Below are positions 41,601 through 53,955 of a DNA stretch of 64,000 nucleotides, in pieces; position 1 is the stretch's first letter, and each line of letters starts with the position of its first letter. The position numbers and the translations under genes were made by a program. The DNA comes from Nageia nagi (taxonomy: Eukaryota > Plantae > Pinophyta), in assembly GCA_050084985.1 (NCBI GenBank), contig JBITNC010000001.1, positions 159,340,001-159,404,000 on the forward strand, given 5' to 3'. The notes under the pieces are model-generated. The model worked only from the letters and a program-made list of their open reading frames with translations, ran no database searches and was not told the origin of the DNA.

Positions 41601-44600
41601 CAAAGTAATGAAACTTGTCAAGACTCGTCGAAACTCGTCATTCCAAGTGCGAGTCGGCTGGGGCGATTCTCGGCAACTCAGACTCACCAGACTCGCGAGT
41701 TTCGATGAGTTTTGTCAAGTACCAAGTCAGCCCATAAATCACGAGTTTCAGGACCTTGACTCGCTTGGATGTGGAGATGGAGAAAAAAGTAACCTTCAAA
41801 ATAGCAAAACACTTGCCAATTTGTCACTTTTGTTGTGTTGGTGGGAAAAGGGTAAGGGAGAGGGAAACAAGCATTCTCCAACTAAATAACACGAATTCTC
41901 TCCGTTGGAACGATTTTTTAAGGGTTCGAGAAGAATCTAACAACCACAGGTTGAAAATTTGAGGTAGGTAATTCTATTTCTCATCTTCTACATTCTTTTT
42001 CTGAGTTATTTTTTTATTTTGCTTGCTAGAGTTAATTTTACTGTTTTTTTCTTCTAGCTTGTGATTTAAGCTAGGGTTTACTCTTTTTTTTTAGCTTGTG
42101 ATTTAAGCTAGGGTTTACTGTTTTTTTTCTTTGTGCAGTTGTAGGATAATGGCTAGTGGATCTCATCAGCCACAACCTATCCCTAAAGCAACGATACCTG
42201 AAGGGAAGAAAGATTTTGCATGGAGATATGCAAAGTAAGGAAACAAAGTATGGAACTTGATATGCATCTTTTGTGACATGGACATGAATGGAGGTGTAAA
42301 CCGCCTCAAACATCACTTAGCCAGGATTGTGAAGAAAGAAGTTAAGCCATGCCCAAATGTTCTGGTTGAGGTTATGAATGAGTGTAACATAGCTCTCCTG
42401 AAAACGAAATGTTAACAAGCTATGGAAAGCCCCATTGGAGCGAAAGGTAGCACATATGCACCACCACCATTTAGTAGTAGTGGCATGGGTGATGGCACCA
42501 CCTCAATTGCAACCCCTGGAGGCTTTTTTTTCTCCACATTCTACTTTAGGGTCACAACCCACATTGCATGGTATGGCCACATGGAATGAGGAGAAACATA
42601 GGGCATTCAAGAAGGCAATAGCTGCATTCTGGTTTTTTTTCAGAATCTCATTCAATACAGCTAGGTCTCCATACTGGCGGAGAATGGTAGAGGCCATTGC
42701 AGCATGAGGTCCAAGATTTAAGCCACCTTCATATCATGATTTGAGGGGCCCTCTCCTTCAAGAGGTATTGCAGGACATTCAAACATTGCTTGATAAGCAG
42801 CATGATAGTTGGCAAACATCAGGTTGCACGATTATGTCAGATGGCTAGGAAGATGGTAGCGGCAGGACATGGATTAATTTTTTGGTTGCTTCACGTGATG
42901 GCATTGTATTCTTGAAATCTATAGATGCATCTAGATATGTGAAGAAAGAAGTATGCATTGCAGTTTTGTTGGGTAACATAGTGGATGAGATGAGGGCTGG
43001 AAATGTTGTCCAAATCATCACGAACAATGCTTCAACGTACAAGAGAGTAGGAAGGATTTTGGAGGACAAATACAAGACACATAAATGGACCCCATGGTCT
43101 TGATTTGTTGTTGGAGGAATTGGCAAATTGCCTTGGGTGACGGAGATTATGGAGATGGCAAAACAAGTGCTCAAATTTATTTACAATCATTCATGGGTGT
43201 TGCATCTTTTGAGGGAATACATTAGTAGCAAGGAGATAGCACGACCTAGTGTTACACGATTTGCCATGACTTTAATTACATTATAGAGTCTCTTCGATGC
43301 ACAAGTTGATAATTAATAATTATTAATTACACATGATCATTCTTATTTAGTTTCAATTGTTGATTTGTGATCAAATTAACTAACTTCATTAATAAATTTC
43401 ATATTTAGGGGTCAATGAAGCAGATGCTTGTTGGTGATCAATGGTACACGGAAGAGGGAGCTAAGTTCACAGCCATGGCCGAATGGAAAAGGGTCTATGA
43501 TATCATATTTGAGGAACCCTTTTGGATGGCCATGGAGGAGGCCATCAAGCTACAATTTGCAAGATTAAACATTAAGTTTTAAAGTTGAAACTTGAAACTT
43601 TAAATTGAATTTAAATGTTTTATTTCCCAGATAGTAGAGCCTTTGGTGAGAGTTCTCTGTCTTGTTGATGGAGAAAAATCATCTATATGTTATTTGTTTG
43701 AGGCTATGGAAAGGGCTAAACAAGCAATTGCTAAACATTATAGCAAGGAGAAACCCAAATACAAACCCTTGTGGGACATCATTGATTGTTGTTGGGATAA
43801 CCAACTTCATAGCCCTCTTCATGCAATGGCTTACTATCTTAATCTCAAATTCTGCTTTGGAAAATGATGTATGGATTATGAGGTACAATCAGGAATGAGG
43901 ATGCTATTGATAGTTTGGTGGCTGATCCAAACATTTGCTCAGCAATATAGAATGAGATGCAAGCATATAAAAGTGCCAATGGCATCCTTTTCAGTTCCGT
44001 TGAGTGTACCAAAGTGGTGGATACTTTGTTGCCACGTAAGTTATTTATATTTAAAACATTAAACTTTAAACTTTTAATCTTTGTTTCAATTTTTTATATA
44101 TAAACTTGTGATGTATTAATTTTAAAATTTAAATCTATTTTTATTGGATTTTTTCAGATTTATGGTGCCTGCAAAATTTTGCAATTCATATATTATCTCA
44201 TCCATGCGGTGCTTTTGGTTGTAAGCATAATTGGAGTATGTTTGAGAACATTCACTCCAAGAGGAGAAACAAATTAACACAAAAACAAATTAAATGATCT
44301 TGTGTTTGTGCACTACAATCTAAACCTCCATCGTAAAAAAATTGTAGGTATAGAATCTAGAGTATGAGGCCAGTATGATGTATACAACTCTTTTAAATTT
44401 GAAGACAAATTTAAGAAACTGATATTGAACTTGATGCAAACATTGCAGGTATAGATTATGAGGCCATTGAACTTGATGCCATTGATCCATCCAATGAATG
44501 GATCGTAGATGATCAGCCTTTAGGGAATGAGGATGAGTCTTTAGATGATGAGGATCAGCCTATATTAGACTTATACACACAGGATTCTAATATTCCCAAT

Positions 44601-45094
44601 ATTGTTTTCGATGATCTTGAAAATCGAGCAGAGGAGATGGCAGCAAGAGCAAAGGGCACAAGGGAAGTGACATCCAGTTCCATATCTCGGACACAAAAGG
44701 AGCTTGTATCTTATGCTAGGTAAAAGGGAAAAAACAGCGAAAAATTGATGTTTTCAGCCATCATAGCCTCATAGGCACATTTTGTAATTTGTATTATGAA
44801 GTTTGAACTTTGAATTTTTAACATTTTAATGAATATAAACATATGCCCCTTCCTATTTGTCATTTGTAATTGTGTATATTGTAAATTGTATAATGTTGAT
44901 GTTATTGTTGAGTAGGTAGGCATATAGAAGATACTATAATAAGTAATATCCAATTGAAAAAAAATGTGTTCTGGAAAAATATATGTATTTTTTCATTTTG
45001 CCGATTTTTACCAAGTCCGACCGATTTTTTTCCTGAGTACCGACTCCAGATGGACCTCAACAAGTCCATGCCGAGTCCGAGTCTGACAACTTTG
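41601..45094 (+). mobile_element. Inner hAT transposon (full-length, decayed)
   Basis: Termini caaagt / actttg. 8-bp TSD ttataaac (41593-41600) / ctataaac (45095-45102). GACTC/GAGTC subterminal motifs. Confidence 0.92.
42149..44770 (+). pseudogene. hAT transposase pseudogene (BED finger, DUF659-type RNase H core, dimerisation domain), intron-containing
   Basis: ICIFC...GGVNRLKHHLA; GCTIMSDG*EDG...INFLV; NVVQIITNNA; VTRF; LHSPLHAMAYYLN; CKHNWSMFENIHSKRRNKL. Introns lie at about 43305-43408, 43550-43630, 44036-44157 and 44347-44448. Confidence 0.92.
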
Positions 45095-46395
45095 CTATAA
45101 ACCATAATATCGTTGTATAACAGTTGGAGTCTTGGACAGTAAAAAAATTGAGTCTTCAAACTACAATATAATAGTATACAAAATACATCACACTGTATAA
45201 AGTATAAACTAATAACAACAACAGCTGAAGCATTAACTAGTGAACCTCCATTCAATCCAATGCATCATCAAATGCTGAGTGACTTATGTTTTAAGTTTGC
45301 ATGCACTTTTTAGGGTTGAGTAACTTTTAGGGTCAAAGTCCTGCCGCCCCCTTTTTTTCTTTTTTTTGAGTGTTTTTCTTAATGAGGTTGGCATCCTTTT
45401 TTTTCCGGGATGGCTATGACATCCCTTGATTTTTCTTAATGAGGTTGGCATCCTTGTTTTCCCGGGATGGCTAGGCATCCTCGATATGGTCGAGGGATGT
45501 CATAGCCATCCCCTAGCCATCTTGAAGATGCCTAGATGTTCCCTTGGCATCTCTAGGGTGGTTTTTTTTTTATTATTTAAAATTAGGAGACGGCCCCAAA
45601 ATGTCCCCCTTCGCATTTTGAAGTTTTTGGTACTCCTTTGGGATGTGTATGGGTGTTTTAGGGAGGGGGGCGCATCCCAAGAACCCTGTTTCACACCCAC
45701 TTGTCTCCCAACTACCCTAACAAGAGGTGATAAAGATTGTAAGGCTGAGTGGTTGGTTGTTTCAAGACAACCTACAAGTGTTCAGATAACTCTGTTTGCA
45801 AAACTAAGATTGCTAAGTTGTTTCATACTGATATGTATGCATTGAAGATTTGAAACCAATTGAAGCAAAGGAAATAATAATGAAAAGTGAGTAGAGGAAG
45901 GTTAGTTAGATTTCAATTTTTATTTAAAAAATGGTGATCATGTAATTTTAGAAAGACTTCATTTAACTCTGAATTTCTAGTCAAAAGAATTTGTACCAAT
46001 GGTCAAGTTGGGAACTCTTTTCTTGTTTAAACAAGAGTTTAAGCAGAAATATTCTGTATGAAAATCACTTTGAATGAAGAGAGCAAACAAAATCATTCTG
46101 AAAAGAACTTCTAACTTCTATCATCCAGAAATATTGAAATATGTTCCAAAAGAGCTTATACAATACAAGAGAACTTCTAATTAAGATATGAAGCTTAGAA
46201 GTAGTCAACAATTTGTAAAAAGATTAACAAGCTTTATAATAAACATTATCAAGGATAACTGCGGTAACTTCCAGGCAATATTCATGGATAAGGAAGGACA
46301 TGGCTATGTACTCTTAGAAATATAAACCCCTTCATCCAAAACACATTCATGCACAAGCTCATGGAAGCACATAAATAAGGAATGACATGATGTAC

Positions 46396-46543
46396 CGTAA
46401 TGTGTCCTAGAAAGAATCCAAAATGCTAGAGCTCCACCAACACTGAACATGCTAGCTGTCTGTCGCATCGTGGTTGAGCAGGGCTTTGCATCTGATCTCA
46501 TTACCTCTCCATTAGACCATCCAAAAAACTGCCTCAGAGCCAT
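46396..46543 (-). CDS. Coding exon 1 of the conserved 98-aa plant membrane protein (unknown function)
   Basis: MALRQFFGWSNGEVMRSDAKPCSTTMRQTASMFSVGGALAFWILSRTHY+G, then a GT donor at 46395. 148+149 nt = 99 codons with no internal stop. I recognise the MRSDAKPCS...HYGPR...PECEPQNI signature as a conserved uncharacterised land-plant family. Confidence 0.92.
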
Positions 46544-48390
46544 CTTATTTTACTATGACACTTGTAATGTAAGCTGTTCAAAAAACTCCATGCACATACC
46601 CTTAAATATCAAAAAATATATGAAAACAAGAAAAGGCCTAAACATCAACTGTTCAATGATCCAAGAGAAGACATACTTAAATAACAATCTTCTATCCATA
46701 AAATTTAGTACATCTGTTGCCAATTGCCATGTATGGATTAGAGACTTATGCCACAGAATTCAGAGAATATATACAGTAGGTCTGAATGCACATGTTTTAC
46801 TCCTTTCTTATGCAGCAAATTTCATTAGATATTAAAAATGGGACCCCGTAAACTATAAAATAGTCAGCAAAAATCCCATCTTCATGTCGTTGTATGCTCC
46901 TTGTTATGGGAAAAAACAAGCAAATTATTGTACTTTCCCATGTCCACTATAAGTACTTGATATTTAGGTCAATCAGTGGAACTGGGGCATGCACATTTTT
47001 TAAAAACATAAAGTTGTCTTTATTCTTGAATTTTACTCAAAAAGCAATACACCAATTCTCCTTGCATTGAAATTATGTTATCTCGTAGACTATGGACACC
47101 ATGTTACAACCATGGAAAATGATGTAGGTATTGACGTTTCTACTCATTAAACCCTACCTTCTTTACATCCTTGCTTCAGTCACGTGTCTCCTATAGTGGT
47201 TGAACATAAGGTGTAATACATGCTGGTATTGAGGTTATTCACCTTCTGATTATGGTGGGCTCTCAATGTACGACGCTCTCGAGATGTAAGCCTATTGTTA
47301 ATTCCATTTTCTTGTGCTGTTATAATAATGGTTTAATATAAAACCTTATATTGTTACTGTCAGAGGAGGTTAGATGCAGAAAAAAGCATTAAAGTCCAAA
47401 ACTACTAAGCCCAAATCTGAACTGAACGATGACACTAAATGTCAACAAATGTTTATCTGTAATGAGTTTGTTGACAATCATACCCTGCACCCATTTTTGC
47501 GTGTTCAATAGAAATTCCCTATGTGTACATCTAAACAGTACCTAATTATGAGAAGTGATTATTATTTCACCAAAATTGTTGTCCACATCTCTATTGTTTT
47601 TACAGTCCTAGTCAAGATGCCCCTCTTCATATTCACATTCTGCCAGTTCTGTAGCCTGTAGGTACTGGAGATAAGTCCTTAACAAAAGGAACAATAGGGG
47701 TCTTCTCATAACTAGGAATCCCGTATCCCTTTTGGAACTTCATTAAACCTGCTAATAAAATTTAGAGGAGCCCATTTGCATAGATACACAAGGCCATGAA
47801 TTGATATGTATCCTCCTTAACATAAATGTGAGATGCCCTATCAAGAGTTTCAAGTTCACACATCCTATAAACAGAAGCCTCAGTGAAGATCATCTTGGAT
47901 TGGGTGAACATTGCCTTTAACTTTGCAGCTATAACATTATCTTTCTAACCATTTCAGTTCATGCTGTTCTTGGTACTATTTTGAGAATCAAAACCTCGTC
48001 ATAACTTTCCACCAATATCCTACTATGTGACCCTTTATATTTGAGGATTGGCGAATACATATAAGCCACTAATCCTGAAATATTGTACATAATAGGCAAA
48101 TACATATAAGCCACTAATCCTAGTATGGGTCATATTTTGTTCTACTGCTTCATTCCTCCCTTGGCCCATAATTAATGTGAAGATCCCATGCTAATTAACA
48201 TAAAAGGGTTTTCATACCAGAAACTGGAAAACGATAAGAACACTCCAAACCAGAAGCCAAATCAGGCAAAGGCTGCAATAGACAAACAGTACAAGCCCCT
48301 ATGTAAACTGTCAAAACGACAAAAATCAGCTCATATGTGAACTCTGTTGAAAAAGCAAAAATCAACCACAAATTGTTGTGGAAAACTCAC

Positions 48391-48620
48391 TTATCTTTTG
48401 TCGAGTTGCAGATTGACTTGAAACAAATAAATGTTATTAATGACCACAAGTGACCAAAGTCGACTGGAACAGAAAATAAGTGTCTAGATGCAAAACAATG
48501 AAGAAGCCAAAAGGAGCTAAAACTTGCAAAAATTACGTAGTAGAATGTGCTCGTGTGCGCGCATACCCATGTGAAAAGGAGAGAGGCAATCCCTCAAAGC
48601 AAGGAAGAAAGGAGTAAGTT
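48391..48620 (-). other. Probable 5'-UTR exons of the host gene (~48620-48567 and 48463-48391)
   Basis: CT-rich leader; donor G|GTATGC at 48566; acceptor ttctgttcCAG at 48464; donor |GTGAGT at 48390; acceptor tttttgaaCAG at 46574, 30 nt before the ATG. CpGs are retained locally. Confidence 0.6.
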
Positions 48621-48800
48621 GATTAATTAAAAATTAGAAAAAAAAGTTATTTCTTTTTTTTTTTTAAATATGAATGTTGATTGATATTTGGTTTATCATC
48701 TAATTTTATTTATAAATAAAATTTATGTTTTATATGGGTCACCCTTGAACTTTTGAATTTGCATTTTGGTTATTTTAGAGGTGGGTATGAAACATATCGT

Positions 48801-49878
48801 CATGTTATTCTTCATCCTTTTTTCCTTAGGACATTTCCACAATTAAAGGGTGCTTAGACGCCCCTAGAATGGTTAGGGGACATTTGGGCATCCTTCAACT
48901 TCCTAGGCAAATTTGAGACGTATGGGCATCCTTGAGGTACCAAGGGATGCCTCCCACTGACTAGGTAGATGATTTAAAAAAAAAAAAAAAAGTTTATTGC
49001 TTTAGTTTTCATTTTGTTTATTGTTTTAGTCTTTTTAAATGAAAATATTTAATAGTAAATACTAAAATAGTAACATAGGAGTTGGGTCTTCAAAATTCAA
49101 ACAAATAAGCATATTGTTTCCACTTAGTTTTCATAGTCTATAATCTGAGATATTGTTTCCACTTCCACAGTTTACTCGAAAATCCAAACAAGTATAGGGT
49201 ATTTTTTAGTATTTACAAATTTACAATTGTTACCAACAACTAAGAAGCATACTATTTGTTACAAATTTGAAATTTACAAGTTTAAACTTTACAACTATTA
49301 TAAACACAACTGAAACATGAACATTGTTAATATTACATGTCCTTAGAACTGTTAACCTTAATTCAACTTAGTAATTCAATATTCACTAATGTATCTGCAA
49401 CTCTTCACTATCCAACATAGAATAAGTGTCACATGATGATGAAGGTTTTTCCTTGTGCCTTAATTATTTACTTATTGTTACTATGTTAGTGTATCCATAA
49501 CATTGTTTTATGATTTATCATTTATGCGAAGCAATATGCTTCTTTTGGATCCTTTTAGTTATTTTTCTTCTATAATATCATTGACCATAGTTAGGTTGTT
49601 AGCTGTTATTTTTTCCTATAATATTCAAATCTTTTAAGATGTATACTTGCAAGTATATTGTTAAAAGTTACAACTTTATAGTAATAAAAAGTAAAACTAA
49701 ACTTATTGTCATAATAAATTTGAATTTCAATACTTATATATATATATTTATAATTTTATTATATTTTAACTTTGTCATACCCTCGTTTTACATGAAATCC
49801 ATCCTAAGTCATGTTGGTCCCAAGGATACATGTTATTGTACCTTGTTGTCCCCATCCTAAGAAATTTGTGGAGCATAG
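48801..49878. mobile_element. Degenerate hAT-type MITE just upstream of the host gene
   Basis: Ends catgtt... / ...gagcatag. GGGA/TCCC-type subterminal motifs resemble those of the outer hAT at 45400-45690. AT-rich core; no clear TSD. Confidence 0.5.
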
Positions 49879-50319
49879 ATAAAACCAATGTAGGAATTTT
49901 AAATTTTCCCTTAAAATCTTGAGCATTCATAAAAAAATCAACAACATAGCCCAAATTGGAGACCAGTCCATAAAAAGATATTGGCTCATTTCTACATTTG
50001 GGCTAATTTAATGATGGGTTCTAAAGAATTGATATTTAATGATGGATTGATCTAGTAAAGGACTTGAAACATAATGAATCAAGTTAAGCCCACAAGCAAT
50101 TTTCTTATGTAACATCTTCCATGACTTCTAAGCCAAATATGCAATATGCAACAAAAATTAGTTCAATAAAATAATTTTTCACATTATGTAGAAATGTTTC
50201 CTTAAACTATGATATCAAAAGTGAAACCAGATGAAAAAATAAAGATAACATTGAAATAAAAGTAACAAAATGTTAAAAAAATGTTGATTTTAACCTAATA
50301 CAAGATGTCCACCTGATTT

Positions 50320-52602
50320 AAAATATTTACTTAAGAGGGGAGGATGGTAAGTGGGAGCAAGAGCGAGTGCAAAGGAGAGGCGACTAGGTTTCAGAGGATG
50401 ATGAGGATCAAGAATGGTGGCAATATGGTGAAGGATCGGGTGATGATCAAAATCTAGAGATGGGTCCTTGGTTTATTGCTAGGCATCCTTTTGTCCTTGG
50501 TGTGATAGGTCCAAGATTGAATGTATCAAAGTTGAATGTAGGGATAATTGGGCCCTCTTAGAACATTGCAGCTAAAGGACGACAAGTTGGGGGCCATTTT
50601 GAGGGTAAATCTTGGGTATAGGTAGTCATGGACCAAGAAAGGAAGAGGAAATCCAACGACATTATAATTTTGAAACCCTCAATAAGGTAAATTACTTATT
50701 CCTTCTTCCATTATTTCTTTTATTCAATCTTAGGGGGTGTTTGATCTTGTGGTAAAATGTTTTGGGCCCTGACTTGATTTGGATGTCCTTAGAAGGTGGG
50801 TTGTCAGGATACGGAGACTAAGTGATGTGCTAGATATTACTACTTTACCAACAGGGTTTTTGGAAGACATGCAACAAATATTATCAAGTGGGCTATATTT
50901 TTTTTGGAAGAGAGGCTTCTTCTTGAGGAAATGAGGGCTAAATTTTGATCCCAACATATAATGATTCAATATGGAACCCATGTGGATTAGGCTGCCAAGT
51001 ATACTAGTGCATTATTAGCATGAAGATGTGTTGATAGGGATTGCTAGGGCTATGGTTACTCTAATTACATTCGACCTAATAACTAAAAATGATCAAGAAT
51101 AGTGTATGCCAAGATCAATGTCCAAGCTGATCTAGAAGGATCCCTTCTTAACTCTATTACTCTAGTCTCAAATTTGGGGATATGGGTGTAGGAAATAGAG
51201 TATGAATCTAAACCCAGATCATGTTCCAATTATGGCTTGGTGATTCATTCAACAAGTAGATGCATAATAGATAAGATAAGAGGAGGGATAAGGAAATAAA
51301 CTATGGGGAAACAAGTTAACCTAATGTCAGTTAATCAAGTTATTTTTAAAACCATTGAGGAAGTGGTGATTCAATAATCTTTAGTGAAAGGATCAAAAGA
51401 AGAGAACCTCTAGGATAGAAAGGATTAAGAGATGCAACAAAGACCAAATGAAGATAATATTCAATGTAAAGGAGATACAAAGATGCAGAAGGTTGTTACC
51501 TTGGAGAAAACCCTGAGAGAGAAAGTTACGATTCAACCAGAGATAAAGGAAAGTAGAGACCCCCTTATGGTTAAAGGGTCTTATGAAAGTAGGACTCTAA
51601 AGTAGGAGTAAATGGACCAATGGGTGGTGGTTTAAGTAATGAAAGGAGGAGAGCAAATTCCAGAGACACAACCTTTACCCTATGTTGGATCAACTTCAAA
51701 GGTAATAAGAGCACCCCCCTAAGGTGATGAAACTATCCCAAAGATGGTCTTGAAATGAAAATGGAGTAATTCATAGATACAAAAGGAAATAGAGGAGATT
51801 AGATATCCAAGTAAAAAGTAAATGATCTAAAAAGAAGTACTAAGAAGAGTTCCCAAGGTGTTAAGGAGGTAAAGAAGGTTATCTCATGGGAATAGAGACC
51901 TTCAAGGTTTGACCAACAAATAAATGATCTAGAAATTGATGTGGATGCAATGTATATAATGAGCAATGAGGAGGTAGTAGAGAATGTTACAAAGCTGGAA
52001 CAACTCATGGGTATCAATCCATATAAATAGATGAGGAAAGCCTTAATGGATAGTTACAAAATTAAACTAACTCAAAAAAGCCAACAAAAAATCAAAGAGA
52101 TAATTAGAGAAGGAAATGGAGGGCTTGAAACCTCCCATTAGAAATAATATTTCACAATTGCCTAGCTATTGTAGAAAGGTCTTATTGACGAAGAGGAAAA
52201 ACTATTTCAAAAATGAGATCAAATCCATTATGTGTTCTATAGGAATACATTTAAGAAAGTGGATAGAAGAAACCAAGGAATGGAGATCCTTGCCAAAAAT
52301 ACCAAGAGCAGAAGAGGAAGTCAAGGAGGAAGATGATAGTTTTATTTTGATTGAATTCTATATTGGTATTGATTTTGTTTATATCAATGTTCCCTTTTTT
52401 AATATCTTCAACCTTGATAATTTTATCTTAAGCGAATTTTATTTTTTTGTGTTTGAAATTTTGTTGTTTTTTAGGGATCCTAGTTATCCTTAGTTGGATT
52501 TTGCTATGGATACATTTGTGGGCATGTATTGAAAAACTAAACTTGATGTAAAAGGTAGTGGGTCCTTTCAAAACCCATGTTTTTATCCTATTTATTAAAA
52601 AA
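50320..52602 (+). mobile_element. L1-derived non-LTR element carrying ORF1 only (HAL1-like)
   Basis: 18-bp TSD aagatgtccac(c/t)tgattt at 50302-50319 and 52603-52620, with a short poly-A just before the right TSD. ORF1 remnant FWKRGFFLRK...PMWIRLP...YAKINVQADL...NLGIWV*EIEYESKPRSC at ~50900-51270. No EN or RT motifs seen. Confidence 0.85.
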
Positions 52603-53144
52603 AAGATGTCCACTTGATTTCTCTACAGCTTGTCAATGATATTTGCATATGCATGCATCAGATGAAAGCAAACTTGAGTTGAAATATAAACCAATTCAAA
52701 CATAAGTTTTGTTCAAATACTATTTTATTATTAGTGCCTTATCTATTGGGTCTGATTATCCATATGTGACAAGTTTGATTAAAGAGAGTAGAAAATAAGT
52801 GTGAATGAGTCTAATGATAGCTTTATGCAAGAAAACTACAAGCAAGAAACTAGTGAATAAAATAGACAAAAAAATTCTCAAAATGTGAGGCAAAATATAA
52901 TCCTTGCTAATATTGAAAACAAGAATTAAAGACATTGAAAAAAAGGTGGATATAGGACAAGATTATTCCTTGGCAACATGCATGACAATCGAGTGAAAGA
53001 TTTACATTTCTTATACCATAAGAGAAGCATAACCATAGTCTTACATTTTAACAAATTGCAAATACTGTCATTAGCAAAATGATAACAACTTAAAGATTGA
53101 AAAATAGAAAGGAAACACTCCAAGGATTTGGTATATAGACATTC

Positions 53145-53955
53145 AAATTTGCATTTTGATTATCTAAAAATTGGTTTATTTTAATATTTACTTAATTTAT
53201 GCAAAATGCCAATTTGCATGCACTTGGGGCTATTTTGAATTAAATTAAGCAATATCTTCCAAATTTATATTATCCTATGTACACATTCGCCTAGGAAATT
53301 ACACCTAGATGAAATCAAAATTAAATTTATCAAATATATATATAAAAAAAGTAAAAGATTTATTTGATAGATCAAGGTGTCTTGAAACCAAGCACCTTAG
53401 AATTCTACGAGATAATCACTTTGACATGCTTTAACACTAATACCTTCTGTAAGACTTATCATATTTTGCCAAGTATTTCTTTAAGTCATATTCACAAGTA
53501 TAAAAGTAGAATATTGTAAGGTGGGTACTAAAATTTAAAACCATGCAAAAACCTACAAAATGCATCAATTGGAAGTTGTCATGCCCTACAAATTTTCAAG
53601 TCCTAAAACATGGGCATTATGAACCTTTCATCTTAAAATATGGGCATTTTGGGACCTATGTTCCATAATCGAGGCAATGCAGTCCCTGAGCCAAATCGAT
53701 CTCGGACCAATCCCAAAAGCTAGATCTAACCTTATATACTGCAAGTTTGTCATTTGCTCACTTCAAAATGCCAAGTTTTTTTATCCAATGTCATAAGATG
53801 TTTATTAACCTACCTCCAATCTAAAACCTACAAATACATCTTTATATCTCCTCTTGTAAATTCTACATATTCTTGATTACTAGGTCTTATACTATATATT
53901 GCTATTAATATATTTTCATTTCATAAATATTGTATATAATTTTGGTACATAAATA
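53145..53955. repeat. Dispersed ~800-bp non-coding repeat, copy B
   Basis: See copy A. Confidence 0.75.

Larger units (their letters stand above)
41340..45688. mobile_element. Outer non-autonomous hAT element
   Basis: Termini caaggtt / aaccctg. 8-bp TSD cttcacac (41332-41339) / tttcacac (45689-45696). GGGA/TCCC-rich subterminal repeats, including a ~55-bp tandem at 45373-45475. Confidence 0.82.
41281..45722 (-). mobile_element. tRNA-derived SINE or tRNA-like relic split by the hAT nest (halves ~45722-45697 and 41339-41281)
   Basis: The rejoined minus strand reads ttagggtagttgg...gaggttccaagttcaattccc, giving A-box-like and B-box (GTTCAATTC) motifs at tRNA-like spacing. Confidence 0.6.
31517..46395 (-). 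other. 14,879-bp GT-AG intron of the host gene, packed with transposons
   Basis: Defined by the two phase-compatible coding exons. Confidence 0.88.

Noticed and set aside
46304-46835. 79-aa minus ORF as a complete protein, and the 128-aa plus ORF
   Set aside because: Family similarity ends at the GT donor (46395) and the rest is intron read-through. The plus ORF is antisense/intronic.
47100-47760. Extra coding exons in the leader intron (e.g. MKFQKGYGIPSYEK...)
   Set aside because: The frames are short with stops and no recognisable homology. They are not needed for the 98-aa model, though alternative UTR exons cannot be excluded.
48055-48121. 22-bp direct repeat atacatataagccactaatcct (a similar 22-bp duplicate lies near 3920/4055)
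   Set aside because: These look like local slippage or repair duplications with no further structure.
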